Assembly: GCF_001194135.2 (NCBI RefSeq)
Contig: NC_068981.1
Location: forward strand, 77,737,003-77,801,002
Length of the DNA: 64,000 nucleotides
From: Octopus bimaculoides
Taxonomy: Eukaryota
Reading direction: 5' to 3'
Below are positions 50,673 through 62,470 of this stretch, in pieces. A program made the position numbers and the translations under genes. A model generated the notes under the pieces. The model had not been told where the DNA came from. It saw nothing but the letters and a program-made list of their open reading frames with translations, and searched no databases. Within the stretch, counting starts at the first letter, position 1, and each line of letters opens with the position of its first letter.

Positions 50673-53428
50673 CAGGGTTTCTCAACCTGGGCGATATCGC
50701 CCACCGTTGGGCGATGAACGAATTTTTAGGAAATGGTGGGCGATCTAAAATTTTGGTGAGCGATAAAGGATTTTTGTTAAGTATGTTTTCCCGAGTCTAA
50801 ACTAAGGAAGTACTATCCAGCTGTATGATTGCTATTCATCTGTCCTCACCAGTGAAATAAACATCCCTATCTATCTGCTTAATGAAACAAACAACTCTAT
50901 CTATCCACTACCTAGCTACCTCATCCAAGTGAGACAAACAGCCCTTCAGTCACCAAAATAAAACGCCTACACAGCGGATAAACATCAAACGATTATTTTG
51001 GCATAAATAGAGTGGCTTCAAACGATTTCGCCAGTTGACCTTTGGCAGACCCAACTTGCATATCGTCGTTTCTCTCCTCTGCCGCTCACACACTCCTTGT
51101 ACTTCTGTATTGCCGCTTCATGTATGGAAGAAATCACCGAACGAACTAAATCTCTTGTCCGCTCGTCCTTTCATTTCTGCCTTCGTCCTTTCATCATTAT
51201 CGTATGCGATAACAGTCCTTTTTAGGGCTATTCTCAGATCAGATCAGAAGTAGTGACCAGACCCATAAACCACGTCACTACACTTGCATTGGACGCACAC
51301 ATATGAGTTTCTGCCTTTGACGATTCCGCTTCAATGAATTCTTTTTTCGAATTTCAACTTTCCTGATACCTCCAGTAAAGAAAACTTGTCGCCAGTACAG
51401 CATTAATTATTTATCATATGGATTATTGCTCCTCCTCAGATCTGTCAATTACCCATGTGTCTTCTATGCCAGCAAACTTTGAGCAATGAAGCTATGAAAC
51501 CTTCATGCTTGAAATATCATTTTCATTCCAAGAATTCCGACAGAAAAGACAAACCATTATCATATTTTTTGCAACTTAAGGCCTCTTTCGAAAAGCAGAA
51601 AACACTAAACACGATGTTTACGGAAGGAACTGTACGGGAAAATGATGGTATGGTTGTGTCGTACAATATTGTATTACTGGTCGCAAAGATCGGGATGTCC
51701 CTCACTATAGGAGAAACATTGCTTCGACCTGTCATTGAAGAAGTTCTGTCGACTGTAATGCACAAGAAGCCCGACACAGTTATCAAGAAAATTCCACTTA
51801 GTAACAATACAATTTCTCGACGTATAGATGAAATGGCCACCGATGTCAAACATCAGCTCATTCAAATTCTCCAGTGTTCCGAATTTTCTATACAAGTGGA
51901 TGAGTCAACGATTATAGATAACCAGTGTTTTATGATGGTTTATGTTCGAAATTTCAATGAATAACTTCAACCTTATGAAGAAATGCTGTTCACAGAGAAC
52001 TTGCTGCTTGATTGAAAAGGTACATCTATTTTCAATATGCTTAAGCGTTTGCTTTCTGAACTTCATATCCCACTGACCAATATTATTGCCTGTGCGTCTG
52101 ATGGTGTCCCTTCCATGGTTGGAAGATACAGAGGTTTTTCATCTCTCCTAAAACGTGAAATTTCTCAACAGATTTAAACAGTTCATTGTGTGATACACCG
52201 ACAACATTTAGTGGCAAAAAATATCAATGGCTGGTTGAATGATGTACTGCAGTTGGTTAACAAAACTGTGAATAAGCTGAAATCAAATTCCTTGTCTGAT
52301 CGAATTTTCCGTCAATTGTGTCTGGATAATGATGATGACTTTGTAAGGCTTCTGTACCATACCGAAGTACGATGGCTGTCGAGGAACAACTGTGTTGTTC
52401 GCTTTGTTGAACTATTTCATGTGATTATATCTTTCTTTGAAAGTACTCTTCTGTCAGCTTCATTGATTGCTGCAAAGCGCGATATTTTTTGTCTGGGCGA
52501 TATATTCACTAAATTTAATGATTTGATAAAATTGTTGCAAGGAAAACAAAAAAACTCTTGTTGACTGTAAATCATTTATCACTGCCTTCATTTCGAAATT
52601 GGTCCTGTATAAAATAAAACATTTCCAAACGTCAATTGCATCAATTTCTACAACTGGATTCTTTGAAAGATGAATTGGTTGATGAGAATATCGTTACCTA
52701 TCGTGACTATCTACAACCATTACATGATGACATGATGGAGCAGTTTCAAGATTTTATTTGATTGAATATCCCAAATTGGTACAGCAAACCTTTTGAAGTC
52801 CAAGCAGTCTATTGCGAAGACGACGTTCAGGAGGAGCTTACTGAATTGCAAAATGATAATGAGGCTACAATGAGATATCGGTTTCATGGCAAAGAAGGCT
52901 TGTGGTATCCTCAAAGTATACTGAATTCTTACCCCAACCTATGGAAGCATTTGAAATTAATCTTGTTTATCTTCCCAACGTCGTACTTGGTCGAATTTGG
53001 TTTCAGTCACGTTGGTACTTTACTTTCTAAAAGCAGAAGTGGACTGGATATAGCCAAACGAGGAGACTTAAGAATATAATTGACAAATTTGCAACCAAAT
53101 GTGTTTTCACTAGCTGCGTTGCATCAGCCTCAAGGATGACACTAAAAGCTAAACATGGTTTGTTTGTTGAACATTTGATACATGTATCATTTTTCAATTT
53201 TATTTCATTGAGAAACATTTAGCAATCAAAAACTTCATTCTTCTGAATAACGTTTCAACTCCGAATGCCCATTTTGCAATATTTCATCTCAATGAATATT
53301 TCATTTTTTAAGCAACCGTTCTTAATATGCTTTATTTTTGCGTCCTAAAAATTACTGCACAGGTGGGATATGAGAACTTTTGTGTATGGAAAAGTGGGCG
53401 ATAACGACAAAAAGGTTGGGAACCCCTG
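50673..53428 (+). mobile_element. Full-length hAT DNA transposon, Buster/Charlie group
   Basis: TIRs are CAGGGTTTCTCAACCT and AGGTTGGGAACCCCTG. The perfect 8-bp TSD GTCTACAC is at 50665-50672 and 53429-53436, with the central TA typical of Buster elements. Confidence 0.96.
51334..53146 (+). pseudogene. Disrupted Buster-type hAT transposase
   Basis: BED-like CLLCQQTLSNEAMKPSCLKYHFHSK, KIPLSNNTISRRIDEMA, FSIQVDEST (catalytic D), ASDGVPSMVG, HCVIHRQHL, LLYHTEVRWLSR and FPTSYLVEFGFS (catalytic E). Several stops and frameshifts are present; the start position is approximate. Confidence 0.93.
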
Positions 53429-53967
53429 GTCTACACGAAGGCTAACTGCTAGATTTATTCCTTCGATCTGAATGCATCACTCAAACTACCGTTTGGATTT
53501 ACCTGGGGTTATACTTAAGGAGGTATATCTTCACAAACCTCCATACCTTCCAGAACAAGGTGAACTGAGAACTTTATTCTTCTATCTTTATTCTCATATC
53601 TACTGAAATTCCGTCTGGAACTTTCCTGCATACACTCCTTGTCTCTGATAACAGAATACACAGTGTGTAGGGGTGTTGACCCATTACCTGAGGTATCTCA
53701 GAAACACCTACAGATATTACTTACTTCTACTTTTTTAATTCACCTTTACTCTGTAATTAAATATTTTAAATAACCTGAGATGCTCATCCAGCCTTGGTTT
53801 TGTTTTCCTTTTCCTCTAATAAATACCCGCTGACTCAGAAACCTACAACGGATCCTTAGCTCCAGCCTCAGCTGTGAACTGGGAAACTAGCGGATGACCA
53901 ATTATAGCACTTACGCAACGTACCTATTGGTTTTGTTCATCGGTGAACTAAACCCATCATATTTTAG

Positions 53968-53977
53968 ACAGACAGAC

Positions 53978-54034
<57 letters not shown>

Positions 54035-54070
54035 CATACATACATACATACATACATACATACATACATT
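53968..54070. repeat. (GACA)(GATA)n(CATA)n microsatellite
   Basis: Visible array. Confidence 0.95.
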
Positions 54071-55287
54071 ATGGTCCTGAAAGGTTAGAAAATCAGAGTA
54101 TTTCCTATGCAGCACTGAATTCGAGTTTGAGGCTATCTACACTCTTCAATTGGAGTCTCAACGAAAATCAATATGCCGCTGGTGCAGAAATGCCAGGTAT
54201 TACCCCAACAAGTCTAATGTTTGACTCTAGCGAAAAGCCAAATATGCAAATAAGAGGATAAAGAAAGAGGTTAGCACATATTTAATGACCAGTTATAATC
54301 CTTTCAGTACCACTCTGCTTTTAACGCCCTAACACGCACGCAAGACTTCAATGTGAAAAGTCACTTGACTCCGCCAATTCCTTCTCTTACTCAACAAAGA
54401 AAGATACTTTCTCGCACTTCAAGTCTCATAACTGCATTTACTTTCTGAATATTGTATTTGAAGGGTATTAATATCAATAAGCCAAATGCCTTTGCGCATC
54501 TTGCATCACATATTTTCATTCATTTATTAAATATAGTTTTTGAAGAGTATTAATGTAAACAAAAAAAAAACAAAGGAAGTAAACACAGTTGAATCTCTAC
54601 CTTTTACGCAAAGGAAATGAACATAGCTTTTTATATTTTTCGATATTTCCATTGGCTTTTATACAATTTACTCCCAATCTCTTTCTATGCGGACAGTTGC
54701 AAAAGAAAAATAACGGCCCATTATTTTTCTTCTTTATTCATCCTTTTGATTAAAAACACATGTTTTTGATCAAAGGGTAACTGTTTTTCCTTTACACCGG
54801 CTAAGTGTTTAATAGTTAACTCAGTAGCTTCTGCTGCTATACTGAAACGTTTGGTTTACACTCACCGCAATATTATTAAGTTGTCATGTATGTTTTTCAC
54901 GATCAGATTCTCTCGGTGTCATAAATTCTTATACTACTTGGATTTGTCATAAACCAATATCATACATTTTGACAAGTATGTAAGCGCTTTTTTATTTTGA
55001 GAATGCTACGTGTTGCTTCTTCATTTTCAATCGTCCATACATTTAATGGTTTACTGCAAATTCTCATTTGTTAAAAATCTATTCTATAGATGTAAAATCA
55101 TTACACTGCTAACACAGCAGTAATGTATGTCACCACATTTAATTGATATTAACAATGTGTATTTATTTACTAACACGCTAACAAGATAACAGAAAAGTAG
55201 AAGGCTGTCAAACGACATAAATAAATTGAATTTTAATGTGAAATAGAATTTATTAAGAAAATGAGGCTTTTATCACACTCCTAGAGT

Positions 55288-55619
55288 CAAAGGAGCACTC
55301 CGTCGGTTACGACGACAAGGGTCCCAGCTGATACGATCACCGGAACAGCTTGCTCGTGAAATTAACGTGCAAGTGACTGAACACTCTACAGACACGTGTA
55401 CCCTTAATGTAGTTCTCAGGGAGATCCAGCGTGACACAGAGTGTGACAAGGCTGGCCCTTTGAAATACAGGTAATACTCATTTTTGCCAGCTTAGTGGAC
55501 TGAAGCAATGTGAAATAAAGTGTCTTGCTCAAGGACACAACGCGTCGCCGGGAATTGAACTCATGACCTTACGATTGTGAGCCGAATGCCCCAAGCACTT
55601 AGCCACGCGCCTTCACTAT
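55288..55619 (-). mobile_element. SINE family C, full length with 11-bp TSD
   Basis: TSD ACTCCTAGAGT is at 55277-55287 and 55620-55630. The minus strand has a tRNA-like head (ggcgcgtggctaagtg...gagttcaattcccgg), a central gtgtccttgagcaagacactt reminiscent of the CORE domain, and the 3' module shared with 1066-1250. Confidence 0.92.
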
Positions 55620-56311
55620 ACTCCTAGAGTAGTATACATGGTAAACGTGAGAGAATGAATCAGAATTGAAATGAGAGTCCATTGTAGTTAAACGTTGTTA
55701 AATTTATGTCGCTTTAAGAAAGACGAAAAATAGGGAGAATAAATATGTTAATAAATAACGATGGGAAGCAAGGAAATCTTCATGGCAATGGTTGTGCTAC
55801 TGTGAATATTATTATCAAAGAACTTCTGGAATAAAATACATGCAAGTCTTTTTAAATGTTTTGTAAATTTATTATATTTTGTTAATACAATATCATCGTT
55901 TTTTAAATAAAAATTTTGTAACTATCATTAAGACAATTCAAATGGACCAGTAAACCTGTTAGATGTAGGCAAAGCTTTCGTTTTCGACCCGCCACTTTCA
56001 AATGGTGGCATGCACTATTTCATTTATGAATTATCTGTCCATAATATTTTGCTATCAAATATAAAGCGAGAAGTATTTAGATAAGAAATTTATCAATGGT
56101 TTCACCCGTCGATCAGAACAGGTGAAACATTCTCTATAATCAATAAAACTGCTTCCATTTTTGCAAACACGTGAGTGTGTGTGTGCGCGCGCACAAGACG
56201 CATTGGTAGACAGTTTAGAAGATGGGATAAAATACTTTGCTGTATTCTTTATTCTGGGTCTATGTGCTCTGAGTTCATTTCCTGCTGACGTTGAATTTGC
56301 CTTTTCTCATA

Positions 56312-56318
<7 letters not shown>

Positions 56319-56394
<76 letters not shown>
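56319..56394. repeat. (CT)n microsatellite
   Basis: Visible array. Confidence 0.97.
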
Positions 56395-56399
<5 letters not shown>

Positions 56400-57117
56400 C
56401 GCTTCGTGTCCTCATGAACTAGAAACCAATGAAAGTAGTGTTATTTCATTGTCGCAGATGTAAATGAGATCTTGGTGTCTGCAACAGAAGTCTGTAGTTT
56501 GTTTGAACTTACAAAAACTTCTCGTTTCCACTTCCATTGGCCTTCGATTTTAGCAAGAGGTGCTGCGCCGGACAATCTAATGCAACTTGTCGCTGATGAT
56601 TTCAGAGATCAGTGTCAATGTGAGCCAATATTACTAAAGATATATTAGGAATTCTGTGGGGTGACCAGGGTTATCGACGTGCTCAGAGGCGACGTCTCCC
56701 TATGATGCTTGCCTGATACCTCTTGCTCGTTGAAGCTTACCTACAAGTGATTGGGTTTTCTAACGCAGTACCCTAAAAGCCAGTTTCTTCGCATTTTACC
56801 AACAAAACATTAAGTAATTTCTTTGTGAATTTAAAACTCATCGACTCCGATCAGCCTGGTTTAATCAGCCTACCGACGCCATCTTCCAGGAGGTGATCGA
56901 CTGCCACCTATAGACAATTCGTGAAGCTACAAGTAAAAGTGGATACCAAGAGGGAACCATTGACAAAAAGCTGTTCCTAAAATGACTTGACTGTACTCCT
57001 ACGTAAGTGTAACACGTTTATGTAGCTTATAAATTAGCTGTAACAGTAGCAGATGTATCAGCGACAATGAAATCTACTAAACAATGGGAAACGATACGAA
57101 TCAGCTTGTTCCAAGTT

Positions 57118-57376
57118 GGAAGGAATTTCAACCATGTTTCGTGGTCTGCTACCACAACAGCTCCTTTATAGGATCCAGTTAGCTGAAGACATCATCAGGA
57201 GGAACCACGTCCGGTTTCGGCCCCTACTCCTCTACCGTTTTGACGTGGCGGGGCCACCCCCTTTCGGAGGTGTCTTCAGCTCTGGTGTTGGGTGCATGTC
57301 TTCTTTCACCGTTTGTGACTGTTCTAATTCAACTGTGGAATGTCCCTCGCTATGGTTATTTTCCAGGAGGTTCTGG
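57118..57376 (-). mobile_element. 5'-truncated second copy of the 22.9-23.7 kb repeat
   Basis: Reverse complement of 23421-23678 with only a few substitutions. Confidence 0.92.
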
Positions 57377-57779
57377 AAAAAATATAAGCTCTTGATTTAC
57401 CTAGCATTACTCTGGAATACATTGTCTTAGTTTAACTATTAACGACTTTTATATATAAAAAAAATTACCACTTTAACTTACTTCGCAGTATTGCAATAAT
57501 TTTACTGTTTTTATCAATTATCGGTTCTGTTAAACTTGTGCAACTTTGTACAGAACTGTCCAACGAAATCAATATATAGTTATAATATAAAAAAAAAAAT
57601 ACTTACTAAAATTACATCTAGGTCTAAAGCAATTCAGCCTTAGATAAAACCATGGATCCGCTTCTGTGATTTTTTTTTCTCAAAACTACTGCCAGTGTTA
57701 ATTGAAATCCATTACTTCTTTGTTACAGTGTTGCTAACATTACTTCTATATACAGGTGTTAGACTTAAATATATCTCAT

Positions 57780-57990
57780 CATTTATCTTTTACGTGTTTC
57801 AGTCTTTGGACTGCATCAAAGCTGGGGCACTGCCTTGAAGGGATAAGTCGAACAAATCGACCCCAGGAATTACTCTTAAGCCTAGTTCTTATTCTGTCGG
57901 TCTCTTTTTGCCAAACTGAGTTACGGGTACGTAAATAAACCAAGTTGTTAAGCGGTGGTGGGTACAAATACAAAAACATGCGCACATAAA
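57780..57990 (-). mobile_element. SINE family B, 3' part
   Basis: tttatcttttacgtgtttcagtctttggactgc...gtcgaacaaatcgaccccagg...gttgttaagcggtggtggggtacaaatac. Confidence 0.8.
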
Positions 57991-58469
57991 TATATGCATA
58001 TATCTATGTGCACATAGATATATGCATATATATANNNNNNNNNNNNNNNNNNNNNNNNNNNNNNNNNNNNNNNNNNNNNNNNATATATATATATATACAA
58101 GAAAGAGTGAAAAAACTTCAGAAGGCTTGTGTTATATGGTTAAAGCATATATTTAAATCGTTATGTTAGAAAAATGTTAGAAAATTTTGAGTATAGTAAC
58201 ATTGTTTTTGGCGAAATAACCGGTTTCGTATTTTCTTTTAAAATTTCTCAAATTTCTATACCTTTATCCTGTCAAGTCTTCGCTATGTTGTGAAATATGG
58301 AGTTCCAGACAGAGGAAGGTAATCAGGAATTTTTTCTGGTATAAGGGAGATAATCAAAAATGTTGGGAATGACTAGGTTTGATTAATTTAACATGATTAG
58401 GTTTAGAAGGAATAGAATGTTACAAGTGGTTAGGTTTTGCTTTATAGTTTTTTCAATGAGGAAAAATAG

Positions 58470-60756
58470 AGAACATTTGGAATATAAACCTCCATAAAAG
58501 GAAACTCGCTTTCTGGAATATGATAAAAAAAATTCCAACAAAGCAGATATCTACGAGGGATGGATGAACTCAACACCAATTATTCTTCCACGCAAATTCC
58601 AGATCAAAATAATACCAAATGAACCTGACGGGCAGAGGACTATTAGGGAAAGGTTAGCACTATTTCATCTAAAATCAGACATCAAACTACTATGACTTAG
58701 GGCCTCCACTAATGAAGAAAAATATAAAAACATCGACGGGGAGATGCACAGGGAAATAAACAAGCAAACCGAGGGACAACCCTCGAAAACACAGTAAATC
58801 TTTGGAAAGAAGTCTGTGGAAAGGAAGAAAGAAATTCTCTCTTACGCTGGGAAAAAAGCAATGATTTCTTCCAAAGACATGAATCAACTTTTAAAAAAGA
58901 ATTCAGTGCAGATAATCCTTTTCTAAAGAAAAAACTATAATTAACAAACAAAAACTAAACAACGCACAAACCACCCCCAGTTTCAACCACTTAATCAACA
59001 ACAACCCTCCTCATTATCCTCCATATACCATAAATAGAAATCACCTACAACCACCATTTTTGGACCATGCAAAACTAAATAGGGAACAAGCTGACAGACC
59101 ACGCATTTATGAAATAGATTACATCAAATCTAAAGCTTACCCATATACCAAGAACAGAACACACCAACAACGTCCCAATACCAGGAATAACCACCCCCAT
59201 AACAACACAAAACAACACTAGGATAAGAAGCACACCACATACCAGTCACTACTACCCTATGACCCAAAATTACTGGTCCCCAACGAACACAAGAACAACA
59301 CAAAATAACACTAGGTCAACAAACATCCCGCACACAAGAAATTCGAAACAAAAGTATATCACATACAGAAACGTTACACACATCACTAACCAAAACACCC
59401 GTAGACACCCACACACACATAACAATCTGAGGCAACAATACCACCATTCCCCCGGGACCAATCCCATACAACCTCACAGACAGCTCATGCAAACAACATT
59501 GCAGCCAACATTTTTTAGCCCCAGACCAGAGACACCAGGGCACAGGTTGGAACCTGGTGATCAGGAGAAACCGAAGATAATTAACATCTCAACTAAACCT
59601 CTCTCAAACATAAAAATAGACATCCTCTTAAAAGGGCTAAAATTCACTCCAACTTTACGCAGAGCCAACCAAAATGAAGTGAAGGACAGTATAATAGAAT
59701 TCTGTAGAAAATTAAGACTCACAGAAGCATTAACCAATCACAACACTGAAGATGACTCACTAGTCAAAAACAACAGTGAACACATCCCCCACAAAGGAAG
59801 AAATAAAAATCTTGATGAATTCTGCAACCACATTGAGAACTTTCCCAACCACACCATGCATAAACAGACAATTAACTCAAACTTTAACAGTACACAATGG
59901 AAGGAACTAACAGAACTTCAAAATAATGAAGATATAACGTTTCAGGAAGCAGATAAAGGAAGTACAGTTGTAATAATGGACACATTATACTATAGAAATC
60001 TAGTAATCTCCATGCTTGATGACAGTCAACATTATGAAAATGTCACAAACTACACTACGCAAAAAAAAAAATCAAAACTTTGTCCTCAGTAATTAAAACC
60101 CATGGAAATGAACTGACAACAAAATAGATTGATTTTCTAACAAACTTTAAAGGCAAACCTAGCCTTTTCTATGGTCTACCAAAAATACACAAAAGCCAGA
60201 TTATAAATGAAACCATTAAAAAAATCACCAAAGACGTACATACATACACTAAACCCGGGGGACTTAAAACTACGACCCATTATAGCGGGCCCAGCCTGTA
60301 AAACACACAGACTACGTCTATTTATGGACATCCTCCTGAAACCCTTCCTTAAACACATCAATAGCCATATCTGAGATGACTTGGATATGTTAAATCACCT
60401 CCCTCCAAAAAAGCCATGGAAGAAACAGTCATGGTTTCATTTGATGTAATTAATTTATATACCAGTATACCTCATAATTATGGACTAGAGGCAATTCAGC
60501 TCTGGCTGGACCAATTTCCGGAAGAAATACGAAAAAGGATCAGTAAAGAATTCATAACTAAATCGGTTGAATTCATCCTACGAAACAACCACTTCATGTT
60601 TGACAATACGTTTTACCGACATATATCAGGAATAGCTATGGGCACTAGGGCAGCCCTAGTCATTGCGAACCTAACAATGGGCTACCTGGAAGTAATAATA
60701 TACCAGGAATCTTTATCTACCAGGAAAGCAGAAATTCCTGGAAAGCATTGGTCGAT
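58470..60756 (+). mobile_element. Penelope-like element: N-terminal region plus reverse transcriptase, disrupted and 3'-truncated
   Basis: IINISTKPLS...LLKGLKFTPT, ITFQEADKGSTVVIMD, FYGLPKIHK, LRPIIAGPACKTHRL, VSFDVINLYTSIP and GIAMGT...IANLTMGYLE form the characteristic PLE RT motif series. The sequence stops before the YxDD motif, and no GIY-YIG domain is seen. Confidence 0.92.
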
Positions 60757-60902
60757 TAGATCGACCCAAGTGCTCAACTGGTACTTAATTTATTGACCCC
60801 GGAGGGGTGAAAGGCAAAGTTGACCTCTGCGGAATTTGAACTCAGAACGAAAAGACAGACGAAATACCGCTAAGCATTTCGCCCGGCATGCTAACGTTTC
60901 TT
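60757..60902 (-). mobile_element. SINE family A at the PLE truncation point
   Basis: gtcgattagatcgacccaagtgctcaactggtac...gaaaggcaaagttgacctctgcggaatttgaactcagaac...gcatgctaacgtttcttccag. Confidence 0.9.
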
Positions 60903-60981
60903 CCAGTTGGCTAACGACACAATCTGTGTCCGATAAATTGCAAGGGGAGCGAACCTCCTACCACCTAGTGATTTGATAAGA

Positions 60982-61026
60982 CCAGTAGACCTTGGTTTCG
61001 GGGTATTAGCCCTTCTTCAGTACTAG
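60982..61026 (-). ncRNA. Minimal type I hammerhead ribozyme motif (GUC site)
   Basis: The minus strand reads CUAGUA-CUGAAGA-AGGGCUAAUACCCC-GAAA-CCAAGG-UC-UACUGG. It has an intact core, a 6-bp stem I, a GGG/CCC stem II, a minimal stem III and a canonical GUC triplet. Confidence 0.75.
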
Positions 61027-61079
61027 ACACCTTTTGCTAGAGATAGCAGTCATTTGCCACGACTCGCAATACAGGTGTC

Positions 61080-61125
61080 CAGTACTGAGGAAGGGCAAAT
61101 ACCTTGAAACCAGGCTGGTTTACTG
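61080..61125 (+). ncRNA. Minimal type I hammerhead ribozyme motif (GUU site)
   Basis: The plus strand reads CAGUA-CUGAGGA-AGGGCAAAUACCUU-GAAA-CCAGGCUGG-UU-UACUG. It has an intact core, a 5-bp stem I, a 4-bp stem II and stem III CCA/UGG. Confidence 0.72.
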
Positions 61126-61421
61126 ATCCTATCAAATCACTAAACGGTAGGGGTTCGCTCCCCTGCTCGCAATCTATCGGATACAGATTGTGTTGTTAAC
61201 CAGTTGGCGGAGGTGTTTTCCTGGGGTTAATAAATAGTAGTAACGCTGTTTCATGCAGAACAGTCATGTTGAAGTGGCAACAAACATTACTTTTCAGTAG
61301 AGTAACTACATGCAGCTCTTATAGAAATTTTAGAACTAGCTACTTTGCTTGTTGAAATATATATATATTTTTTTAAATAATTAAATGAAATACAATTACC
61401 TGTATAATAATATAATGATAC

Positions 61422-61650
61422 AAGGTGGCGATCTGGCAGAATCGTTAGCGTGCTGGTCGAAATGCTTAGTGGTATTTCGTCTATCCTTAGGTTCTGAGTT
61501 CAAATTCCACCGGGCTCCGCCCTGCCTTTTATCCTCTATTTGAGAGGGGGTCGATAAATTAAGTACCATTGAAGCATTGGGGGTCGATGTAATCGACTAA
61601 ACCCCCTCCCCAAAATGTCATGCCTTGTGCCTATAGTAGAACGGATTAAT
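61422..61650 (+). mobile_element. SINE family A, full length
   Basis: aaggtggcgatctggcagaatcgttagcg...ctgagttcaaattccacc...ggggtcgataaattaagtacc...gccttgtgcctatagtagaacggatta. Confidence 0.88.
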
Positions 61651-62025
61651 GCTGTTCTGTGCAAGGTACCATTAATTAATGCAGCCGCCACGCGAATTTG
61701 ACGCTCCTGTTCGTAAATTACGACAGGTTATAAAAGGTTCGAAATCATGAATCTCCGTAAGGTCGGTGTTATACCTATGCCGATAAAAAATCTTTGAAGT
61801 TGTTATCTGTTGACGGCCTGAACTGCTACGTTAAAGATACATGATCCACACCCAGTTTAAACTATCTGCTACGTCCCGTATCTGTAATAACTTTGGTGAA
61901 TGCAAAGAGACGAAATACTTCTTATTGTGTTTCTCTTAATATCTTTAAATTAATTACTTTTCTAAGTCACTGAAAACAGTTTCCCTTCATTCACGATATT
62001 TCATAACAATACACTTACATTGATT

Positions 62026-62470
62026 AAGGCGGTGAGCTGGCAGAATCGTTAGCACGCCTGACAAAATGCTTAGCGGCATTTCGTCTGTCTTTACGTTCTG
62101 AGTTCAAGTTCCACCGAGGTCGACTTTGCCTTTTATTTTTCGGGGTCGATAAGGTACCAGTTGAGCACAGAGGTCGATGTAATCTTCCACGAAATTGCAA
62201 GCCTGCTACTAAAATTTGAAACCATTATACTTACACTGATTAAGGTGATGAGCTGGCAGAATCGTTAGCACGTCATGCAAGATGTTTAATAGCATTTCTT
62301 CCGTCTTTATGTCCTCAGTTCGAATTCCGCCGGAGTCAACTTTGCCTTTTATCCTTCGTGGTTGATAAAATGAGTACCAATTGAACACTGAGCTCGATGT
62401 AATCGACTGGTCCCCCGCCACACACATACACACACCAAAATTGCTGGCCTTGTGCCAAAATGTGAAACCA
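62026..62470 (+). mobile_element. Two head-to-tail SINE family A copies (62026-62227, 62241-62470)
   Basis: Both begin gattaagg(c/t)g(g/a)tgagctggcagaatcgttagcacg and end aaaa..tgaaacca. Confidence 0.88.

Larger units (their letters stand above)
60903..61207. repeat. Imperfect inverted repeat (arms ~60903-61031 and 61074-61207, 42-bp spacer), probably inverted PLE pseudo-LTRs
   Basis: The left arm (acacaatctgtgtccgataaattgc..ggggagcgaacc..tagtgatttgata...cagtactagacacc) is the reverse complement of the right arm, with scattered substitutions. Confidence 0.9.
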
